DNA of 63,253 bases, filler included, from Dugesia japonica (taxonomy: Eukaryota), in the NCBI GenBank assembly GCA_001938525.1. It is 6 parts of 6 records of this genome, joined end to end, with 100 filler letters (N's around TTAATTAATTAA, not from the genome) between each part and the next. Parts side by side here need not be neighbours in the genome. Positions count along the whole stretch, not along the records: positions 43,589 to 53,472 come from MQRL01610535.1; positions 53,573 to 63,253 come from MQRL01601119.1; 4 more parts are not named here. One strand, 5' to 3'. The position numbers were made by a program, and so were the translations under genes. Below, one piece after another: positions 52,921 through 63,253 of this stretch. Each line of letters opens with the position of its first letter. Position 1 is the stretch's first letter. Below the pieces are notes generated by a model. It saw only the letters and a list, made by a program, of their open reading frames with translations, was not told the DNA's origin and did no database searches.

Positions 52921-54624
52921 AATTGCTAGTTTTTGGAATTCAATAAATAGAAATATTCAATAATAACTTAAACAATGAATTATTAAAGTTCATTATATCA
53001 CTTTCCATTATTATTGCTCGCATTTTATGAACATGTCTTTTTATGTTCAACTTTAAATTGGTTGTTTTTTTATTGTGCACTTTTATTCCACACTATTTTG
53101 ATTTTCGAATATATCTTTCCGATGTTTGTCATTTAAAACTTGCCCCTTTATTAGTATAGGTAAATTCTATATTTTAATTATTTGTAATAAAATTTCGTCT
53201 ATTGATTTATGAAACTAACAGAGGTAAAAAACTTGTGAAGAATTGAAATTTACGTATACTTTCTTATGAAACAAATACGAAGAATCAATTATACAGTAAA
53301 CTAAAGATAAGTTCAATTAATTCTAACGACATTAATAGTTGATAAAACCATTCATTTATTCCAACAAAGATAAACCACCACATACAAATCAAGCGATCTA
53401 TAGTTCAAAATTTACGTCTAAACCAGGGGTTTGCAACTTTGTTTAGCTGCGGATCAAAGTAAAAAACGGTGANNNNNNNNNNNNNNNNNNNNNNNNNNNN
53501 NNNNNNNNNNNNNNNNTTAATTAATTAANNNNNNNNNNNNNNNNNNNNNNNNNNNNNNNNNNNNNNNNNNNNTATTATTATTATTATTATAATTATTATT
53601 ATTATTGGGACAGAACCCAACAAATTAATTTATAACATAAGTTAATAACGTGAATTACCAAACAAAATCGTGAAAACACGAATAAGCTACTTTATTATAA
53701 GAAATTAGACAGGAAACAATTGTTTTAAATATAAATAAGCAGGTTGTATTATATAGAAAACCTGATATCGGAAAAACAAAACATTTAATATGTGTCAAAC
53801 TTCATATTCCAATAAAATAGATGAGTTATGAGAAAACAAATAATAAAGAAATTGTTAAATTAATTACGGAAGGAATTACCAAAAAATGTGATAAATTAAA
53901 ACAATTTGTAAAAAAATGGAATTGGTTGTGAAATAAACTCAACAAATTACAACGAGATACTTAAAAGGAGTATAAATACTAGCGAAAAAAATATTAAATT
54001 AAACATTCAGAACAAAAGTAGACAATAAAAGAACATTTTTTGGCCAAAGACGGGAAATTATCAATCAAAGACTCTCAGTAATCGTGCAACGAAAGCATAA
54101 TCATTTTTAAGATCTAATTTCGTAGGAATTGGAAGCAGGAGAACACAAATATTACCCCAAAACCCTGTAAAACGGAAGTTCCAGGAAAGTAAAAAGTGTT
54201 TTCCGATGTAATCAATGCTAACCAATAAGTTGGCATAAACAGTTCTTACACAATCGATAAAGAAATCACTCCAAGAGAAATAAATATAAAACCAAGAAAG
54301 CACACTTCACAAAACTAAATAATCTGTAGATGTATGTTCATTGCAAAATGAAATGAAAATTATGATTTTTATGTGTATTTCGCTTTAAAAAAGTAAGCTC
54401 AAAAAAGAAGGAATGCTGTGTGTATATGATTTTGAATGTGTGTTTTTAAGTTGAATTATTAATTTGTTACCATCAACAGACAAAGTGAGACTATTAAGTT
54501 TGGGTTATCTTTCGAAAATCTGATAGTATTAATTTATGTTAGTAACTTTTAAAAATCATGTAAAATGGTTTATCATCAATAAATAAGTAATTTTCCGAAA
54601 TATAACCGCCCTTGCAGCTGTTAA

Positions 54625-55140
54625 GTTGGTAGTAAGCTCGTAAGCGTATTACTGATTGCTGTGGTGTAACGGCAAAGGAGAACGTAGTTATGTTGGTAGT
54701 AAGCTCGTAAGAGTAGTACTAACTGCTGCGTTGAAAACGGGATTGGAAAACGTAGTTTACTAAGTATATGTACGATTGATGGGCGGTCAATCACGTTATG
54801 GATAGTAATGTTTACCAGGCGGTAAATATTTTAAGTAGGTGCTAATAATGCGGATTGTTAGCTTGGATGAGCATGAACTCAAACATACTCAGAGGTAGTC
54901 GAACGTGATAAATATGCTCGGATAGATTTCCGCATGTTCAGATATGATTGAACATGCTTATTAGCTCACCTGAACTCAGATTTACTCAAATCAACTCAAA
55001 TGTGCATCGATATGCTCAAACAAGATAAAAATACTCAGATATATTTCAACATGTTCAGATATGATTGAACATGTTAATTATGATTATGATAACTCAGATC
55101 TACTCAAACGTACTCATAAATGCTAAATAGACTCAGTTAT
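54625..55140. repeat. Degenerate tandem repeats (~66 bp x2 at 54625-54757; aactcagat/catgttcagatatgattgaacatg units)
   Basis: Directly visible duplicated blocks. Confidence 0.65.
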
Positions 55141-55578
55141 CATATTATCAGATAGTTTTTGATAGACTAAATATTTAAACATCATCGTCCTCAATATATT
55201 TGATTACTTTCAGATATATTCAAATATGGTCATATACTCTCAAACAAATGGTAAATGATACGAACACATAAATGGGTTTCCAAACGATAAATGAAAAATG
55301 AAAAACTATTATTCAGTGCTCTCAAATAAATCTATAATGATATTATGCTCTCAGCCAAGATCACAGAAAACCTTATGCACTCCAATAGAACCAGATAAAT
55401 GAAATCACATTATCATCACTAGAACTGACCCTTTTTTATGTATCCTGTGTCATAGTTAATGTAATAAATGTTTATATCGTTATTTCAGAATACAGGATTT
55501 TCATCATTTCAACATTTGATTTTCATCATTTTAGAGCTTCTGTCGCTCACAGTATTTATGTTTTAATGTGGTATTTTA

Positions 55579-57086
55579 TTAAAGTATTATGAAAACTATT
55601 ACATCAAATTATCAAATTAAGTTAAAATTATTACAGTGAAGTTAAAATTAATTATTTTTTCCTAAATAACTACATTTAAGAATAAAAAATAAGTAATCTG
55701 TTTTATAATTCATTAAAATATTATTTGGCATGAAATTGACATGATTATCATTAATTTCGTGGTTTATCACAAAAGTCTGTTTCAATTCTTGATTCATTTA
55801 TTATTTATAATGTTAGATGAGTTTGGAATGATTATTTTAAATACTTTTTTAATTTACAAATGTAATATTATTATAATAACTATTAATAGACACTTAAATG
55901 GTAATATTTATAGGAAACACATGAAAAATAATAGAAAACTAAGTAAAAGTACTATAAATCTATGTAAAACACATTAAAACATTAATAGAATACCATCATA
56001 AATCCATATAAATCTATCATAAACCCCCGAAGAAATTTATCTGAACTCCATAAACCCCTAAACATTCAAAGAAATGCTTAAAAATTTTAAGAGTTAATAG
56101 ACATTTCATGAATTTTATTGGGATTTGATAGGAAATTTATTGATTTATAGTGGTTTTCTTTTATGAAATTATGGGATTTATTGTTGTTAATAAGGGTTTT
56201 ATAATGGTATTTTATAAGAGTTTTATATGTGTTATAATTAGTTTAACATTGGTTTATATGGACATTTTAGTGGTTTTGTTGGATTTCCGTTTCAAGGGTT
56301 TATAAAGATATGAGCACTAATATCTGAATTTTGAGATCTTTTTGAAATTTTAAGAATTTTATGGTGATTTCTTGAATTTAGGTTATTTATTTTTGTTTTA
56401 TTGTGGTATTTTATATATGTTTTTTATAATTTTATTATCGTTTAAACATTATTTTATAGTGTCTTTATACGGGTTTTAAGCATTTCTTGGAATGTTTAGG
56501 GGTTTATGGAGTTCAGATAAATTTCTTCGGGGGTTTATGATAGATTTATAGGGATTTATGATGGTATTCTATTAATGTTTTAATGTGTTTTACATGGATT
56601 TATAGTACTTTTACTTAGTTTTCTATTATTTTCTATGGGTTTCCTATAATTATTCTCATTTAAGTGTTTAATAATAGTTATTATAATAATATTACACTTT
56701 TAAATTAAAATAGTATTTAAAATAATCAAAAAAAAATTAAATAATAATTAAAGTAATTATATCAAGAATATTAAAGATACTGATAATAAAATATTGGTAC
56801 AGTAATTATTATTTTTTGAAAATTAATTTAATTTACTTTATTTTTTTAGAACAACAATAGTGTAAGGAATAATAAATGTTTTTTGATGAATCAAGAATTA
56901 AAACAGACTTTTGTGATAAACTATGTCAATTTCATGCAAAATAATAATTTAATGAATTACAAAACAGATTACTTATTTTTTATTCTTAAATGTAGTTATT
57001 TTGGAAAAAATAATTAATTTTAACTTCACTGTAATAATTTTAACTTAATTTGATAATTTGATGTAATAATTTTCATAATACTTTAA
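55579..57086. repeat. ~1.5-kb foldback (long inverted repeat) element
   Basis: 55579 to about 56090 is the reverse complement of about 56470-57086, with indels (e.g. aaacccccgaagaaatttatctgaactccataaaccc / gggtttatggagttcagataaatttcttcgggggttt). Confidence 0.9.
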
Positions 57087-57799
57087 CTTTTTTAAAAGTT
57101 TATTTGAATTTATTTAATAACTACATTTAATAATACATTTAATAATTATGATTTTGATTTAATTGCTAAGACCATTATTTAATTTGTTAATTTAAATTTA
57201 ATTATACTAATAAATTTCAGGTTTAATAAGTATTGATTTTATAATTTAAATAAATAAGATTTATATTTAACTGATTTATTAAGACTTGTTAATGTTATTT
57301 TTCTATTATGCTATTTTATATAAGTAGGTATCAGATTAACAAGTTTCTTTATATAGTTAATTAAATTATATTAAGAATATTGATGTTTGTTTAATCGCAC
57401 CAATTTAATTAAGAAGTATATATGTGAGTGTATTATTAAATTTGGGCTATAAAAAATACAAATAATGTTTCGAATCGTTACATCAATCAAAAGCAATAAT
57501 ATAAGTGCATAATATAGATAATAGATGCTTTATATATAGCATACTTGCAGTGCTGAATTATGATAACGTTTACGATCCTTGAGATTGCCGAAAAATATTT
57601 AACAGTTTTCTAAATGAATTAGCATATGATAGGCTCATCAATATTCCAGACTTTGACAAGAAAAATAATTCATCGATTAGAGTGTTAAATATAAAAAAAC
57701 TATTGATAAGAACAAAAGACCTTAATGGTATAGTATATTCCCATATAAATTTGCAACTTCGTATAAAATGCTTATAAATCAAACAGAGTTACCAGAACA

Positions 57800-59330
57800 A
57801 TGGACAGAAATAACAAGTGGAGAATATGAAATTGCAAAATTGTCATGGATAGAGTTGAGAATTAATAAGTGTTTTGGAATACATGGTGTCCCTAAATCAT
57901 TCTAAATATCTACTTGTTGGCTGATAATTTTTAAACATTTCGTAAAAAGCGCTTGAAGAACATGGATTGGAGCCGCTACAATTTGTTTAATTACCAGGAT
58001 TGCTCTCAAGTCAATGGATAGACCAATAGAATTACTCCAAGATATTGAAATGCAACATTTATTTGAGTTAGGAATTTGTGGAGGAATGTCTTTTGTGAAT
58101 AAACGTTATTTTCATGCAGATAAGATTACCTCATTGCTTTACATTGACATTAATTACCTATATAGTTGAGCCTTAATGCAGCCTTTGCTATATAGCAACT
58201 TTGATTTTATATTAGAAGAACATATTAAAGAAACCTAACAGAAGATGTTCGCCGATATCAATAATGAGATTGGATACATGCTGAAAATTGATCTTGAACT
58301 ACCTATGGAGTATCGTGATAGATTAGATCATTTACCTTTGTCTCCAGGACACAAATGTCCACGTGGATCAAAGGTCAAGAATTTGCTGATGAAACATGAA
58401 TATAAACGGCATTAAATCGTATATTGACGATTACTGGAACTGTATATAAAGCTTGAGACTTTTGTGATGGCAGTGTATCGAATAATAAAGTTTAAACAAA
58501 CGGAAGTATTTACCAATTATATTAATGCAAATTCTACAAGAAGAACAAAATCAAAGTCTCACTTTGAGAAAGATTTCTACAAACTAATATATAATGCGCT
58601 ATATGATAAGACAGAGGAGAATTTAAAGAATCGCATGGATCTCCGGCTATGTAATAACGAGAAGAAATTTGTAACTTATACCAGTAAAGTTACATTTAAG
58701 AAAATAATAGATATCAAAGAAGGACACAAGGCTCTATTGCTAGAAAAAGATACTATATGTTTAGACAGGCCAATTATATTGGTCAAGTGGTTCTAGATTA
58801 GAATAAATTAAGGATGTATAGGCTCTAATATGAAGAGTTGGAAAGAAATCGTCAACGATTTCATTACAAAATTGATATTATTGCTGGAGATACGAATAGT
58901 TTTTTCTTATCATGTACTGTGGTGGATAAAAACCAATTCTTATCTCATATTAAATCGGATGGTCTCTTGGATACAAGCAATTTTCCAAAATGTGATCCCC
59001 TCTATTTCAGTGATATGACCAGAAGAATTGGATGGTTTAAAGATCAAGGAGAAGGTGAAGATTATACTGGATGGGTATTCCTAAGGCATAAATGTTATAG
59101 TTTAAAGAAAGCAGATGCTACTATAACAATGAAGGCAAAATGAATAAGTTTAAATCAAACATATCCATTGAAATTATTTAAATGCACACAAAAAAGATCA
59201 AGACGGAGATGAAGAACTAGACAAAGTTATGCAGACTAGTTTCCAATCAATAAATCATCAGGTTTATACAATATAGAGTATGAAACGCAAATTTTCTTGC
59301 ATGAATGATTTGCCCTATTAGAGCAAAAGA
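57800..59330 (+). pseudogene. Polinton protein-primed DNA polymerase B (pPolB) relic
   Basis: HGLEPLQFV*LPGL, ELLQDIEMQHLFELGICGGMSFVNKRY, LYIDINYLYS*ALMQPL, KDFYKLIYNALYDKTEEN, IAGDTNSF, GWFKDQ, LRHKCYS and KAK. These are decayed GIRGG, DxNNLYG, KLxxNxxFGK and DTDS motifs. Confidence 0.9.
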
Positions 59331-59699
59331 AATACTAGTATCGCATACAAATTTAATATTTAAATAATACATATTTAATTGTTGTTTTAAGGACAACAGC
59401 ATGTCAAAGAAAACAAAGAAGACGATGATTTTAGTTTAAATGATGAAATAAATGTTGTTTTACTAATTTGTTGTACTAAAGGATTCTACCTTGAACATTT
59501 GGAGGAAGTTATAAACAATTTTGAAAAATATATTGTAGATTGTTTAGAGATTAAAGAAATTATCTAAAATAAATTAAATGTCAGATAAATTTGAGATACT
59601 CATCGTTGAATTCAAAACTCTAGACGTTTTCATTTAAAGTTTATTATAAAATAATAACATTAAATATACATTTGTTTTTTTAACAAATTAAATCGAAAT

Positions 59700-60972
59700 A
59701 CTACCATGATAAAAAAATTCCCGGTAAACTGAATTTTAAAATGCAACAAACTATTTTTTCAAGACAATTTTAATTGTCACCTTTGAAGTAGTCTCCATTA
59801 ACCTTAATGCATCTATGTCTGCGTGTAATCCAATTTTCAAATGCCTTCTGGAACTCTTTCTTTAGTTTACCCAACTATGCATCCTTTGCTTTTTGTTTGA
59901 TTGCTTCAGTGGTATCAAAAGGTTTTCCTCGAATTGATTGTTTAGCCTATTAAATAGGAAGAAATCGCAAACAGCCATATCTGGTNAATTTGAAGCTTGT
60001 TGGATGCTTTTTATATTGAACGTTTGCAATAAATCTCGAATAACTATTGAATTATGAACTGGTACAATGTCATTGTGTAAAATCCAGGAATTTGCTCTTC
60101 ACAAATCTTTTCTTTTCAAACGAACAGCTTCATGCAATCGTCTCATAACACCTAGATAATACTCCTTGTTGACTGTTTGACCTTCCGGAATAAATTTATG
60201 GTGTACAACTCCATTGTAATCGATGGAAACGGTCAGCATGATCTTTCTGTTAGACTGACCTTTTTTTGCGGAGACTGCCAATGACTTGATTGATGTTTTG
60301 TTTGAGTTTCATACTCAAACACTCACGTATTATCACCATAAATTATACGTTTTATAAATGTTTCATCAGAATCAACGTTAGAGAGCATGTCCTTTGAAAT
60401 TTCAACACGACTTAATTTTTGAAAAATGTTCAATTCACATGGAATAAGTCTTGCAGTAACGCGCTTCAATCCCAAATCCTCATGCGAAATGGTTTGAACT
60501 GTTCCAAATGATATTTAACAATCTCTCTGATACTCAATTTCCAATTTTTCATTAACAATTTCTATGATATTTTTTTCTTTCTTTGAAGTTGATGGTCTTC
60601 CAGATCTAGGATTATCTGTGACAGTCTCACGACCCTCTAAAATCGCGCATACCCTTCATTAGTTGTTGATTTTGATAAAAAATTGTTACCATAGCACTTC
60701 TGTATCATTTTCAAGGTATTGGGACGTTTAATATCGTTTTTGACGCAGAATTTAATGCATATTCTTTGTTCAATTATATCATCCATCATACACATAGGAA
60801 ATAACATTAAAATTAATTTACATTAATTACTGTAGCTTTTACGATCTAATGAGCAGAAATGTGGTGATGTAGTAAAACAAATATGTATCAACTATTAAAA
60901 ATAAGAATTACATCTATAGCATTTGTGTGTGAATTTTAAATTTGGTTGACCGGGTATTTTTTGATCATAGAT
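59700..60972 (-). mobile_element. Full-length decayed mariner element with terminal inverted repeats
   Basis: TIRs ccatgataaaaaaattcccggt / accgggtattttttgatcatag. Transposase starts near 60789 MMDDIIEQRICIKFCVKN, then LIPCEL, IIYGDNT*V, KIMLTV..GQTVNKEYYLGVMRRL and PDMAVCDFFLF. Confidence 0.9.
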
Positions 60973-61038
60973 GTTATGTGTACATTGATTATAGATAGAT
61001 TAAATTTTATTTATTAAATTTTATTTAGACGTATTTAT

Positions 61039-61442
61039 TCATCTGCTAACGAATTCAAGAAATTTGTACTTGTTGACCAATTTTAAATTTTGGTTTTGGC
61101 TTATTATTGATGAAATACTGCCTGAAATTATTATCATTATATGTAACATCAACTGGTTTTTCCCTCGCATACCTTGGTGTTCAGAATTATATAAATAAAG
61201 CATTTTTGGTAAAACAATTATCCATCTTTTGTTGCCTTGTTTTGTAAAATATTTGTTTAATCGAGTGCGCAAAGTTCGATTAAATCGCTCAACTAAAGTG
61301 GCGTTGTATTGAGAAAATATTGAATAGTGTAATATTACAAGTTATTTTAATAATGATTTGACTTGTGTATTGTAGAATTCTTTACCTAAATCAGTTTGAA
61401 TAACTCTTGGCTATACATTTCTGAGCATATCAGTTAAAGCCA
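61039..61442 (-). pseudogene. Polinton retroviral-like (DDE) integrase relic
   Basis: PRVIQTDLGKEFYN..HYSIFSQYNATLVERFNRTLRTRLNKYFTKQGNKRWIIVLPKMLYLYNSEH, the typical Polinton integrase pattern. Confidence 0.85.
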
Positions 61443-61446
61443 AAAT

Positions 61447-62595
61447 TAGGTGTATCGGAAAATAATGCGGATTTTTTAAAATCTATTTTTTATCATATAT
61501 GATTAAATAAATCTTATTGTTTATGTATTGTTTTTTTTTGAATATTCATTGATTATTATGATAAACATTTAAATATTATTAAAGTGTTAATATTTTTAGT
61601 ATTTTTAGATTCAAACATAATAAAGTTTATTTCTGGAAAAGAACATTTGCGGGTAGTGACGATCAGCTATTTTATTGTAGAAAAAACTGCTGTAAAAACA
61701 TACCGCCTGTTTTGCAATGTCTATGGCGAAGATGCACCATCTCAAGTTACCAGCGAGCGTTGGTTTAACCGCTTCAAAATGATGATTTCAATATGAGAGA
61801 CAATTAACGTTCAGATCTTACTTCTACATTTGATGACCAACAAATAGAATTTATAATATATGAAGATACATGTCAAACTCAAAAACAACTAGCCATGCAA
61901 CTAGATGCTGGCCAGCAAGCAGTTTTTGATCGCTTAAAAGAAATGGACAAACTTTTAAAGAAAGGCATATGGGTATAGATAGTCATAGACAACTGTAAAA
62001 CATAAAAGTAGTTTGAGAAATGTTGCTGCGACGACACAAACGAAAATCTTTCTTACATAAAATTTTGAAAGGAGTTGAGAAGTGAATTTATTATGAAAAT
62101 CCCAAACGCAAGAAATTGTGGATTGATCTGGGTAAAGATTCAAAACAGACTGCAAAACAAAATTGTTTTGGAAAGAAAACAATGCTCTGCGTCTGGTGGG
62201 ATCAAAAGAGTGGGGTATATTATGAGCTTCTAAAACAAGGCGAAACTAATAATTCTAATGGATATCAAAAACAAATAATGGAGCTAAACTAATGTATACC
62301 AAATGTCTAGAATGGGCCAAAAGATTTGGTAAAGTATTTTTGCTCCATGAAAACGCATCGTCACATACTTCAAAAGGAGTAAAAAACATGTTAAAAGATC
62401 TAGCCTGGAAAGTACTCACCCACTCGCCATACTCACCAGATTTTGGTCCTTCTTTATTTTATCTATTCAAATCAATGACACATGAATTTGCTGAGCAGCA
62501 CTTCAAAACCTACGATGATTTTTAAAAAAAAGTCTCTTAATGGTTCGCCTCGAAATTCAATGTTAGAAATAATAAAAACTTTGATTACCTCAATT
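61447..62595 (+). mobile_element. Decayed Mos1-like mariner inserted into the integrase region
   Basis: Left end TTAGGTGTATCGGAAAATAATGCGG; KEHLR..VYGEDAPSQVTSERWFNRFK, KTMLCVWWDQK..YYELLKQGET, LLHENASSH and HSPYSPDFGPS. Confidence 0.85.
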
Positions 62596-62708
62596 GTAAT
62601 CTATTTTCGCTAAGTGGGGCACATGGTGCAGGGCGCTCACATCTACCTACTTTTATTCAATGGAAATAAAAATACAAAATAGATAAACATCAATAAATAT
62701 TAATTACC

Positions 62709-63253
62709 TATAATCCAGAAAGATGTTCTNAAAANGCGCGCGTGTAAATAACCTGCATTATCAATATAAATTTGAAAAGATTGATTTTTTAAACTAATTA
62801 TTAGATAAATAAATAAATAATTCTGAGAAAAAATATTACAATTTTAATGAAAGTATTTTTAGTTCGTGATCATCTTTAGTAAATGCTGGTTTGAATGAAA
62901 ATTGTAATTTCTGTAATCTGTAATAAACAGATTTTGATAATGAAAGACTACCATTGAATTTGATAGAATAGTCTAATTAAATAATAAATTTAAANNNNNN
63001 NNNNNNNNNNNNNATTATAACCCAGATTACAATGATCCCCAATGTATTCAGATATTCCACAGTCACACCCAAACCGTCCTCTCCATAATTCCAAACATCT
63101 CCCATTATTATAACATGAATTTGAATTGCAAACTGGATTACAAAATGGTTTAATCATTTCCCCAATATGATCACCAGTAGTTGCTAATTTCAAAATTGAA
63201 TCTTTAATTGCAAAATATTCAATACACCCCCACAGATTTTCCTGATTTGATTG
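62709..63253 (-). CDS. Neurexin-family (Caspr/axotactin-like) LamG-EGF-LamG exons: 63253-63022, 62972-62840, 62793 to about 62709
   Basis: SVGCIEYFAI..CNSNSCYNNGRCLELWRGRFGCDCGISEYIGDHC (EGF), then DYSIKFNG..FSFK and FQIYIDNAGYLHAR (LamG); short phase-compatible GT-AG introns. Confidence 0.75.

Overview
This is very AT-rich animal (metazoan) nuclear DNA with many 40-51 nt introns. That points to a compact invertebrate genome, but the species cannot be determined from sequence alone. The window is not one continuous locus. Five artificial 100-bp spacers (44 N + TTAATTAATTAA + 44 N) split it into six pieces of about 9-14 kb, and genes break off at these spacers. Host genes or fragments: chimaerin (SH2 exons), a divergent dynamin-family stalk fragment, an ANKRD50-like P-loop/ankyrin gene, POLE4, a LEM-domain MAN1/LEMD2-type nuclear envelope gene, caveolin, and a neurexin/Caspr/axotactin-type LamG-EGF gene. 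The rest is mostly decayed mobile DNA: Tc1/mariner, hAT, Gypsy, an RLE-type non-LTR element and Penelope-like elements. Two systems stand out. (1) Scattered relics of most core genes of a Polinton/Maverick virus-like element (pPolB, integrase, packaging ATPase, adenain-like protease, major capsid protein), with a recurrent AGTAGGTAGATAG terminus and small spliced orphan genes. (2) A palindromic repeat family carrying minimal type-I hammerhead ribozyme motifs on both strands, whose flank matches the 5' coding region of the Penelope-like element relic in this window. All calls come from manual translation and motif recognition; no database searches were run.
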